In this document: positions 43,701-52,978 of the stretch, one piece after another
Layout: every line of letters begins with the position of its first letter
Numbering within the stretch: position 1 is the stretch's first letter
Assembly: GCA_965240325.2 (NCBI GenBank)
Contig: OZ251230.1
Coordinates: forward strand, 2,356,001-2,420,000
Source: Rebecca billardiae RCC1528
Taxonomy: Eukaryota > Protista > Haptophyta
Direction of reading: 5' to 3'
DNA length: 64,000 nucleotides
Program-made: the position numbers and the translations under genes
The notes under the pieces: generated by a model
Seen by the model: the letters and a program-made list of their open reading frames with translations, nothing else
Database searches by the model: none
What the model was told of the DNA's origin: nothing

Positions 43701-46700
43701 CGACGTCAACAAGATCCTGGAGGTCTTCGACCGGTGCGTCCAGGCGTTGTACGTCGAGGACTTCGACCGGGCCTGGGCGGAGATGCCCGAGTCGGGCAAG
43801 CGCATCATCGATCTCATCCCGCGCGCCGAGCTCTTCCCTGTCTTCGCGCCGGTGTGGATGCGCGGCTACGTCACGGGCGCGCCCGCGGAGTCGTTCATGA
43901 AGTGGCTGCTCCCTGTGCGCAAGTCGCAGGGCCCGGTGTGGATGCTGCTCGACCTGCACGACAACCTCTACCGCCTCTTCGCCACGCACCGCGCCGTGGC
44001 CGTGCGCCACGCCCTCAACCCCGACCCCGATCGCGACCTGCACGGGCTGCCACCGCGGCACGTGCCGTACGTGCGCGGCGCAGTGCAGGACGCGCGCGCC
44101 ATGGGCGGCGCCGAGTGCAACCTCGTCGCCGACGGCGAGCACGCCGGTTGCTACCGCGTGCTGAGCACCACGGACCAGTCCAAAGAGCGCTTTGTGCACC
44201 TCGACAACTTCCTGTGCTGCGGGCTGCTTCGCCGCAAGCGCCTGCCGTGCTTGCACTTCTGCCTCGTGTGCAACCGCGTGAACGAGCCGGTGTGCTCGCT
44301 CCTCCCCGAGGACATGCGCAGCGCCACTTGGTACGCGCAGGTCGGGCTCGGCGTCACGCAAGCCCCGACGGGCGCAGTGCTGTCCATCACGAAGCTGGAC
44401 GTCATCACGCCGCCGCGGCGCCTCGAGGACGCTGTGCAGCCCCTTCTGCTACCGTCACAGCAGTTGCAATCGCTCTTGGCGGAGTACGTCGCCGTGCCGG
44501 CGATGCCCGCGCGCGCGGGCAGGCCGGCGAACGCGGACCGCGCGCCCAGCTTCTGGGAGCGAGGGCCGCGCGGAGGCCGCGCCCGCCGCGCGCCGCACTC
44601 GCGCTCCGAGTACGACTCAGTGCCCATCGGGCGCTCGACGCAAACGTACGTGCGGCCCTTGACCGCCGACGGCGGCTTCGCCGCGCGCGTGCGCGAAGCG
44701 GCGAACTCGACGCTCGAGCAGGTGCTCAGTGAACTCCCGTCGCACCTGTACGGCATCGCGCTCCAGGACGTGCTCTGCACGCGCAACGTCAACGTGCGCG
44801 TGGGCGGGACCGTGGCCGCGCCTCAGACGTTCAACCAGCGGCTGCGCGCCTGGTCCACGTTCGACGCGAGGACGGCGGCCCTGCTGCGCTGCTGCGCGTG
44901 CTACGACCCGCAAGCCGACGACCTCGGCGCTGCGTGGCCGGCCAGCGCGCCCCCGGTGGACCCCAGGCTAACGTGCCAGGGGTGCGCGTGCTTCATCCAC
45001 GCACCCGCGCAATGCGAGTACGTGTGGCATCTGGGTCCGATGGACAGTGGGCTGTACATGTGCACGTGCTGCTACTTCCTCCTTGTCGCCGGCGCGTGGA
45101 AGAAGCTGCGCGCGTGGCGTGCCGAGGAGGAAGGCGCGCCGGCTGCGGCGCCGCCTACGGGTGCCAGGCCGCAGGAGGCGGCGTACGCGCGCGGGCCCGG
45201 CGCGCCCCGTGCGCGCGCTGGCGGCGGCGACGGTGCGTGCGGCGGCGGGGGCGCGCGCGCCTCTGGCGCGCCAGGTGGCTCGCGCACACCTGACGCCTCC
45301 GCCGGCGCGGGTGATGCGCCCGCGAAGCCCGCCCGCCAGCCGCGCAAACCGCGCAAGAAGCCACACAGCGCGCGGGCGTACGCGGCCCAGGCTCCACCGG
45401 GCCCGTCAGTGCGCTTCGGCGCAGCGCCGCCGGCGTCGCGTGGCGCGCCGCCACGCACCTCGACGGGGGCGGGCGCGGGCACCGACGCAGCTCACGCGCG
45501 CGGCGGTGCAGTGCCACCGCCGGGTGCCGTGCCAACGGCGCCCGCGGATGACGGCGACGGTGCAGGCCCTCCTCCCTGCGCGGGCACGCCAGGGGTGGCC
45601 CCGCCAGCGCCCGGCGCGGCGAACGTCATGGCGGAGGCTGAGGCGGCATACGCCGCTCTCGGCGACCGCCACGTCGCGGTCAGGAGGGTGGTCACGAGCG
45701 CCGCCGGCGTGGGCGAGGCGTCGGCCAACCGTTTCATGCGTGCGCGCGAGCGGGCGCCCGCGCACACGTCGTTGGACAACACACTGCGCACCGCCTGGAA
45801 GACCGCCAGAAGCATTCCCGACAAGATCATCGCCCAGTTCGCAGCGCGCGCGCGGCCGGGGCGCTCGGAGGCGGGTCCGGCCGGGGCGGACGAAGGCTCT
45901 GGGTTGCCTGGCACCGCCGCGCACGAGCCGCCGTCGGCCGCAGCCCAGCTCATGCCCGAGCTCGGCCTCCCACTCGCGCGGTGGGACGCGAGCCGCGCGC
46001 GCGCGCGTGAGGCGCCATTGCTGGCGACGTCTGCCACCGGCTTGCCATTGTGGTCGCTCGCCGGGGACGGTCGGGGTGGGTCCAGGGCCCCGACCGTGGC
46101 CTACGTGCTGAAGACGTTGTTCGGCCCGACGGTGCGCGAGGTGGACGTGCCCGGCGACGGGGACTGCTTCTTCCACGCTATCCTTGCGCACGATTCGGCC
46201 GCCCTCGCGGCGGCCCCCACGCGCGCGGCGCGCAACGCGCTTATGCAGCGCATGAACGTGCGCGCCAAGCGCGCGCGCTCCGCGACGGTGTCCTACATGG
46301 CGTCGTTCTTCCACCCGACCGGCCCCAACGAGTGCGGGCCGACGATGTGGGATGGGCAGCCCATGGACGGCGAGCTTGCGGAGCGTGAGCTCGCCGGCGT
46401 CCTGGCCGTGCGCGCCGACGAGCTGCGCAAGCGCGGCACGGGCCAGGACATGGAGCTCGAGGGCCGATGGGCGGGCACGAACCGGACCAGCCTGCGGTAC
46501 GCCGCGCGTTTGTACCGTGGCGGCGCGGACTACGACTCGGCCTGGGAGGAATTCCGCCGCGGTGGCGAGTGGACGCCAGGCTCGCAGACGCAGGGCAGCG
46601 CGTCGCGTGCGCTGGGTGTGCACGTCCTGGCGTTCACCGCGCGCGGCGATCGTATGGACGCAGACAAGGTGAACCTGTTCCCGCGGGTGTCGTTGTGGCG

Positions 46701-47385
46701 GGCGCCCAAGCGAGCGCGCGATGCGGCGGCGGACAGCACCACACGCCGGAGGTGCTTCTCCGAGGGGAGCTTCGACCTGACGAAGAAGGAGGACGTGCAC
46801 GCGTTGCGCAGGCTCGACCTCGGCACCATGGGCACTGACTGGGTGGCCGTCGTGTACCACCCAGGGCACTTCCACGCGGTGGTGGATACCGGCGCGGACG
46901 CCGCGCCGGCCGCGCGCGCGCTCTCCGCGGGCGGCGAAGGGCGCTGGCCGTACGTGGCGGCGTGCGCGGAGCGTCACTGCGCGAAGGCGCGTGCACGCTG
47001 GCGTGCGCTCGTGGAGGACGACGAGACCCACAACGGGGCGTCGGAGTATCAGCCCACGCTGGCGCCACACATGGCCGACCGCATGCTGCTCTCGCGCGTG
47101 GACGAGGTCGGGCTCACTCGCTACCGTGGCGCCACGCGGCGCTTCAACACGCGGGTGTTCTCATTGCACGCGCCCGCCGGCCCCGAGGACCCCGCGGAAG
47201 GCGAGCCCATGGACTACGACAGCGCGGACGACGACCGTGTCCTCGCGCAGCCGGCACTGGACTCCCGCCTTGACGGGTACGAGGAGCACTCAGCCACTCG
47301 TTTGCTCGCGCGCTTGTCGCGGGAGCGCGCCCGGCGCGCGTCTGCGCACGCGCCCGCGGGCGCCGACGGCGGCAGTGGCGAGTAG
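37720..47385 (+). CDS. MULE transposase polyprotein (~3,120 aa; predicted exons 37720-37887, 38018-43244, 43412-47385): 2OG-Fe(II) oxygenase-like domain, MuDR-type Zn DNA-binding domain, DDE core, SWIM, PHD-like finger, OTU-like protease
   Basis: Oxygenase-like YGWHVD...HIFPSMLYH...IKAVF. DBD VTCTTPNCAFRV...HSPDC. DDE core FSDACHL, ISDGQKGL, CTFH, PAES. SWIM CCG...LPCLH. PHD-like CCAC...CQGC...H...C...CTCC. OTU VPGDGDCFFHA...YHPGHF. Exon 1 and the second donor site are inferred. Confidence 0.8.
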
Positions 47386-48179
47386 ATTGGCGGATGAAGT
47401 GGCGTCCGTGCCCCGCAGTGGGAGACGGGCACGTTACGGGGAGTTGGGCACGTGCGGGGGAAGAGATGTGGGATGTGCGTGACTGGGACTGCATGTCGAT
47501 GGGTGCATAGATGGGGGCTCGGTGAATTCGTGCCGCTTCAGATGGTCGGGGGCTGAGTCGCCCGCGGACAAGTGCAGGGCTGCCTCAGGCTCAGACGGCA
47601 CGGGGAGCTGTGTGATAAGGGTGCTCCGCATCGGCGGCACCAGCGGCTGTGTACTCCTACTGAGGCAGGTGACACTGAAGGTGACACGCCAACTCGCGGC
47701 GGGAAGCACTGTCTGTGCGGACGACGCGCACTCGGACGAAGCCGGCCGATAGAGCACCGTCGGCCAAGGACTGCGGGTGCAACTGCATGGCGGAATACGG
47801 CAAGGGCAAGGTCACTGCGCATGCGCATGCGCGCGCAGTCAGACGGTGCACCGGGTCGGCGCGCAGGCACCGGTGAGCAACGGGGGGTCAGGCGGTGTGC
47901 ACGGGCGTGGTGCCGCGCGCACCGGAGACGCGCAAGCCCGTCGCGCGGCGCGCACCAGTATGGATGGGCACGGGTAAGTGCGACACGGTGTCGCGCACTG
48001 GCCGGGCGCGCGGTGCGCGCGCACGCCGCCGCCGCGCCGCCCCACCGGCCCGGGCGCGTGCGCCCAGCGCGTGAGCAGCGACGGCGGCGGCGCACTGCTG
48101 GCGGCGGTGTGCGCCCTCGGCAGCACCGCAGCCGACGTGCGTTCGGCGCACCGCCTCCGCCCAGCGGTCGCTCGCACGG

Positions 48180-51100
48180 TCAGCGCCGGCTCGCGCCCTC
48201 GCGCGGCTCGGTCCTTGCCACCAAGCGCTCAAGGACAGTGCCGGTCTGTGCCAGCATGCGTGTGAGATCGTCTTGCTGCGCGCGCATGACGGCCAATTCG
48301 CGCTGGCCCGCTGCGGTGCGCTCTTCGATGCCGGCGGTGCGCGCTTCGATGCCGGCGGTGCGCTCGTCGAGGCCGTCGAGGCGCGTCGCGACGGGTTCGA
48401 TCATCCGCGACAGGCGCGCCGCGACAGCCTCGACGACCTCGTCGTCGCCGCGCCCGTGCTCGTCGAGGTTGATGGTGGGCACGTCGGCTTGCGAGGCGCG
48501 CGGCTGGGCAGCGCCACGTCTGGCGACTTTCCCCCCGGCCGGCGCGGCGCCCCGGGCGGGCGCGCGCGTGGTGGGCGGGCGGGTGGTCGCGGCATCCGGG
48601 GGCGCGGCAGCCCGTTGCGTGGAAGCGCGCCGCTTGCGCGCTCCGGTGGCGGCGGCAGCCGCGGGCGCGTCCGCGGGCGCGGGGGGGTGCCACGGCACGT
48701 CCAGGCGCCCCGCGTACATCTTGGGCGCGTCGGCGCCGTTCGGCGCCTCGGCGCCGCCCGCAGCGCGGGACGGCACGGGGGCAGCCGGGTGCGTCCACAG
48801 CACGTCATTGCCCCTCGGCTTCTCGTCCTGCATGATGGTGAAGCACAGCCCGCGGAAGTCGGTGATGGGGGCAGTCTCGTCCCTCAGGCCACGCTCCGTG
48901 GGGGGCGGCGCGCCAGCTCCCTGCATGGGCGGGTACGTGCACACTGTGAAGAAGAGCGTGCAGAAGTTGCCCGCGGGCTTCGGCACGCCGCGCGTGCGCT
49001 TCTGTGACTTGCGGTTTCTCATCTCCTCATACCTCCACGAGTGCGTGTTTCCGGGCACGAACATGAAGGAGAGCAAGTCCGCCGGGTTGGGCGCCCACTG
49101 CGACCCCGCATCAGCCCCCTCCACCTGGTTGTACAGGGCGATGCAGTCCTCGGACACTGCCTGGATCTCGAAGTACGGGATGCGCGCGTCGGCTGACGGC
49201 GCAGCGGACTGCTTCTGCTGCTGCTTGGCGGTGCCCCCCGACGTCGCGTCGGCGCGCGCGCCGTCGGCGCCGTCGGGGGGCGGGAGCACGAAGCGCGCGC
49301 GCGCGACGCGGACCTTGGTGAGGAACGAGTACTCGTCCGCGCGCAAGGTTTGGTAGACGTCTGCCAGCGCGTCGTAGCGCAAGTGAGGGAGGGAGACGCG
49401 CTGCGTCAGCACCGTGGCGCACGCGATCGCCGCTGCCAGGCACGTCGCCCCGGCCCCACGGCGTTTCAGAGCCTCCGCGTGGCACGCGAGTGCCGCGAGG
49501 GTGTCGCCTGAGTCGCTTCCGGCGAAGCGCGAGAAGTCGAAGGACGTGCCCATGCGCTCAGCGAGATCGAGCCAGGGTTCGATCGGCGTGCCCTCGAGCG
49601 CGCACTCGGTCGGCCTCCCGGCGAGACACACCACACGCAGCACATCCAGCAGGTCGCCAGAGGCGGGCGTGCGGTACAGCTGCGGCAGCGCATCGGGCGC
49701 GTGCGCGCGGAGACTCCCCAGGAACGCGAGCACGCCCTCTGCGATGTACGCAGCGTGCTGCAGGTGCGACTTGGGTGCGCCCGCGTCCGTCCACGTAGTG
49801 GGAGCGGCGACGCCGGTGAGGGCCGTCCAGCCCTGCGCCGTGAGCAGAATGTCGGGCGCCGCGAGCATCCCCGACGGGATTTTGGCCACCTCGTCCTCAG
49901 CGTCGAGCACCGGCGCGCCGCTAGTGCGGCTGGCTGGGCCGCCGCCGGCGCCGCCCGCAGCCGCGCGTGCGCACGCGGGCTCATCCGGCGGTGGCGGCGC
50001 CATGGACGCCAGCTGCACGGCGACGATGTCGCCTCTGCTCACGGCAGTGCCGAAGTCGGCGTCCGCGTAGTGCGTCACCTCGGCCGTCAAGGAGGTGACG
50101 AGTTCGGCTTGCTGCAGCACGCGCCACCCGTCCGTGTCCCGGACGGCGTACGCCATCTGCAGCGTCGCCTCCGCGGACGGGCGCGCCGCTGCGCCATCGC
50201 TGGCGTCGGCGCCATCGCCGCCGGCATGCGGCGCCGGGCGAGCGCGCGGGCGAGCGCGCACTGCCACCACGGCGTGCAGCAGCAGCGGAGGCGACGCCGC
50301 GGCGGGTTCCGACGAGGGCGTCGGCGCCGCGCCGCACGCCGCCGGTTTGGGCACCAGCGCGGGCCACACACGCGGGACGTTGGCGAGGTCGGCGGGGATG
50401 CCCAGCGCCGCGTGCTCAGCTGCGGTCCACAAGAGCGCCAGCGGCTGGCCCCAAGCCGATGTGCGCTGCGCGCGCGGCACGACCGACGGGCGCTCTGCGC
50501 CGGGCAGGGGCGCAGTGACGGCCAGGTGCGGGCCGGGGGCGTACGGCAAGGGCAACAGCTGGCGCCCCTCAGCCTCCTCAGCGCACTCCACGAAGTGAGC
50601 GCGCGCAGCGCGCAGGGCAGCGGCCGCGTCCGCGGCACCTGCGCCTCCCGGCGCCGGTGGTGTCGGCGGGGAGCAGGCGCTGAAAGATGCGCGCACCGCA
50701 GCCGCGACGGCGGCGGCCGGCAGGAGGGCGCCGGCTTCGGTGAGTTCGCGCACGCTCTCCACCGACGTGAGCACGGCGTGGTAACGGCGGACCACCGCCG
50801 TGCGTGAAGTCAGGCCGACCGCGTTTTGGGACGTTATTGTCCGCGCCCCGTCGCCCAGCTGCGCGCTGTGCTTGTCCATGAAGATCATGAACGACGGCTT
50901 CAGACGCGCGACAGGAGGGTGCTGCGTGAACGCCGAGGATCCGCGCGTGTCGAACGCGTGCAAAGCGGTCGGAGTGACGAAGACGGCGAGTGGCGACGGG
51001 AGTGGCGACGGCGCCGGCACCGACTGCCGCTTCGCGGCACCGCGCAAGACAGAGGTAGAACCGGCGGCGGCGCGCGGCGGCGTGAGGTGCTGGCTCACGC

Positions 51101-52244
51101 GCGCCATCATCTCCTCCGTAGTGACGCCGCCGGCATCGCCGGCGGCGTCAGCGGCGGCGGCGGCGGCAGCGGCGCTGCTGCCGCCGCCGCCGCCGCCAGG
51201 AACACCGCCGCTGCCGCCGCCGCCGCTGCCGCCGCCGCCGCCGCCGATCCCACCGCCGCTGCCGCCGCCGCCGCCTGCCCCATCGCTGGCGGCGGGGGGG
51301 ACTGCGGGGACGGTGGCGCCACCGCTCGCGGCGGCGCCGGCGCCGGCGCCGGCGCCGGTGGCGGCGGCGGCGGCGGCGGCAGCAGCGGTGTCGGCCGCGG
51401 TGGCCGCCCCGCCGGCACCGCTGCTGCAGGCGGGGCGGCCACCGGTGCCGGCAGGGCGGCCACCGCCGCCGACACCGCTGCTGCCGGCGCCGCCACCGTC
51501 ACCGCCGCTGCCGCCAGCGGCAGCGGCGGTGGCGGCAGCGGCGGTGACGGTGGCGGCGCCGGCAGCAGCGGTGCCGGGTCGGCGGCCACCGCCGCCGACA
51601 CGACGGTTCCCCCCCTTGGATGTAGTGGTGGCAGGGTCGCAGCGGCCGGTGTCGCCACCGCCGCAGCCGGCGGTGGCGACACCGGCGGCACCACCGGTGC
51701 CGCGACCGGTGGTGGCGGCGGCGGCGTCGCAGCACGTCTCCGTTGCGCGCAGGCCGCTGCGCACGCCTGCGCCGCCACCCTGGGCTGCACCACTGCCAGC
51801 ACCGCCGCCAGCGGCGACGCCGCCACCTGCATTAGCAAGTCGTGCGCTCGTGCGTGACGGCGCCTGCGAACCGGGCTGCGGCGCCGCCGCCCGCTGCGGC
51901 GACGCGCCGGGCGTGGCCACAGATGCGCCAACGCCCGTCGCGAGCGGCAGCTTCGTGAGCTGCTCTGGCGTCACCCGCCTTGGACTCGCTGCCATCTGGG
52001 GGTATAGAATCGTACCAGCTGCGAGCGCCCACTGTTCCGCGTCAACGTCGGGTAGCGGCCCGACGATGTACGTGTAAGAAGCGCGAGGCTTGCCGTCGCG
52101 CGTGGGGACTGCTTTGATCTCGCACGACAAGACAGTGGCTGGAATGCCCTCACCATCAGCAGACGCACGCTGCACGAGCACGTTCGACTTGACTTGGAAG
52201 TAGTCCTCTTTGGACTGCGGCCGCATCGACTGCGGCGGCGGCAT
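48180..52244 (-). CDS. Second MULE gene (1,354 aa, unknown function; positional analogue of mudrB), with Gly/Ala-rich linker and C-terminal coiled coil
   Basis: Uninterrupted ORF from the ATG inside the right TIR (MPPPQSMRPQSKEDYF...). Several globular-looking blocks and terminal heptads LDERTAGIEARTAGIEERT. Confidence 0.75.
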   Translation of the reverse strand: MPPPQSMRPQSKEDYFQVKSNVLVQRASADGEGIPATVLSCEIKAVPTRDGKPRASYTYIVGPLPDVDAEQWALAAGTILYPQMAASPRRVTPEQLTKLPLATGVGASVATPGASPQRAAAPQPGSQAPSRTSARLANAGGGVAAGGGAGSGAAQGGGAGVRSGLRATETCCDAAAATTGRGTGGAAGVATAGCGGGDTGRCDPATTTSKGGNRRVGGGGRRPGTAAAGAATVTAAAATAAAAGGSGGDGGGAGSSGVGGGGRPAGTGGRPACSSGAGGAATAADTAAAAAAAAATGAGAGAGAAASGGATVPAVPPAASDGAGGGGGSGGGIGGGGGGSGGGGSGGVPGGGGGGSSAAAAAAAADAAGDAGGVTTEEMMARVSQHLTPPRAAAGSTSVLRGAAKRQSVPAPSPLPSPLAVFVTPTALHAFDTRGSSAFTQHPPVARLKPSFMIFMDKHSAQLGDGARTITSQNAVGLTSRTAVVRRYHAVLTSVESVRELTEAGALLPAAAVAAAVRASFSACSPPTPPAPGGAGAADAAAALRAARAHFVECAEEAEGRQLLPLPYAPGPHLAVTAPLPGAERPSVVPRAQRTSAWGQPLALLWTAAEHAALGIPADLANVPRVWPALVPKPAACGAAPTPSSEPAAASPPLLLHAVVAVRARPRARPAPHAGGDGADASDGAAARPSAEATLQMAYAVRDTDGWRVLQQAELVTSLTAEVTHYADADFGTAVSRGDIVAVQLASMAPPPPDEPACARAAAGGAGGGPASRTSGAPVLDAEDEVAKIPSGMLAAPDILLTAQGWTALTGVAAPTTWTDAGAPKSHLQHAAYIAEGVLAFLGSLRAHAPDALPQLYRTPASGDLLDVLRVVCLAGRPTECALEGTPIEPWLDLAERMGTSFDFSRFAGSDSGDTLAALACHAEALKRRGAGATCLAAAIACATVLTQRVSLPHLRYDALADVYQTLRADEYSFLTKVRVARARFVLPPPDGADGARADATSGGTAKQQQKQSAAPSADARIPYFEIQAVSEDCIALYNQVEGADAGSQWAPNPADLLSFMFVPGNTHSWRYEEMRNRKSQKRTRGVPKPAGNFCTLFFTVCTYPPMQGAGAPPPTERGLRDETAPITDFRGLCFTIMQDEKPRGNDVLWTHPAAPVPSRAAGGAEAPNGADAPKMYAGRLDVPWHPPAPADAPAAAAATGARKRRASTQRAAAPPDAATTRPPTTRAPARGAAPAGGKVARRGAAQPRASQADVPTINLDEHGRGDDEVVEAVAARLSRMIEPVATRLDGLDERTAGIEARTAGIEERTAAGQRELAVMRAQQDDLTRMLAQTGTVLERLVARTEPREGASRR

Positions 52245-52903
52245 GTTGTGCACGTAGCTTGCGCGTAACGCCGCACGAACCAGCTCCGCCTGCGCGCGCG
52301 CGCGCCACACGGCCGTCGCGCGCGAGTTCGCCAGGAGGCGGGCGTGCACATTATGCAAACCAACGGAGGCGCACGCGGACAGAGCGCGTGCGCGCGCGCC
52401 GGGAGGCCACGCGCGCGTGAGGCGGCGCGCGCGCAGGCGGCGGCATCGCGCGCCTCCCCCGCTCCCCCCGCCCGCAGCCCGACGCGCGCGCGCGCGCGCG
52501 CGTCGGGCGCGCGCGCGCACCTCGTTCGCGCGAGGTGCGCGCGTGGGGGCGATGGGGGCTCTTCGGGGCTTTTTTGCGGGCTCCGAAGAGCCGCGAGGGG
52601 CCCCGCGGCCGAAACAGCACGCGAGGGCGTCGAAACGACGCGAACCCCGTGTTTGATTAAGTGTTTCGCCGTCGGGGTTCATTTCGCGGGTACTGCGCGT
52701 AATCGGCGACGTCAAAAGACGCGATTGCGCCGTTTCGGCGCAATCGCGGGGTTCGGTATCTTCGTGCGCGTGGCTTGCCCGAATGTTCGACAATCGGACT
52801 TCTGGGGGACATCGCGTCCGGAAAAGCCCCTCGCGAGGTTCTGGCCGATTTGGCGGGATTCTGCACAAGCCGCCGCGAATCGGCGGGGTTCTGAACTTTT
52901 CCC
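52234..52903 (-). repeat. Right TIR of the MULE (670 bp)
   Basis: Reverse complement of 37061-37730. Confidence 0.95.
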
Positions 52904-52978
52904 TTTTTTTTTTCATCATCGATCCATATCATACGGTACTTGTATATCATCTTCTCACTCTGCAGCAACCCGTGAACG

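Larger units (their letters stand above)
37061..52903. mobile_element. Giant Mutator-like DNA transposon (MULE), 15,843 bp, structurally intact
   Basis: 670-bp TIRs begin GGGAAAAG and end CTTTTCCC. T10 on both sides (37051-37060 and 52904-52913) fits a 9-11 bp MULE TSD. Internal MULE DDE transposase plus SWIM, and two convergent genes as in maize MuDR. Confidence 0.93.

Noticed and set aside
47434-47757. Third small MULE gene
   Set aside because: 107-aa Ser/Pro-rich ORF without motif in the convergent 3' region; unsupported without transcripts.
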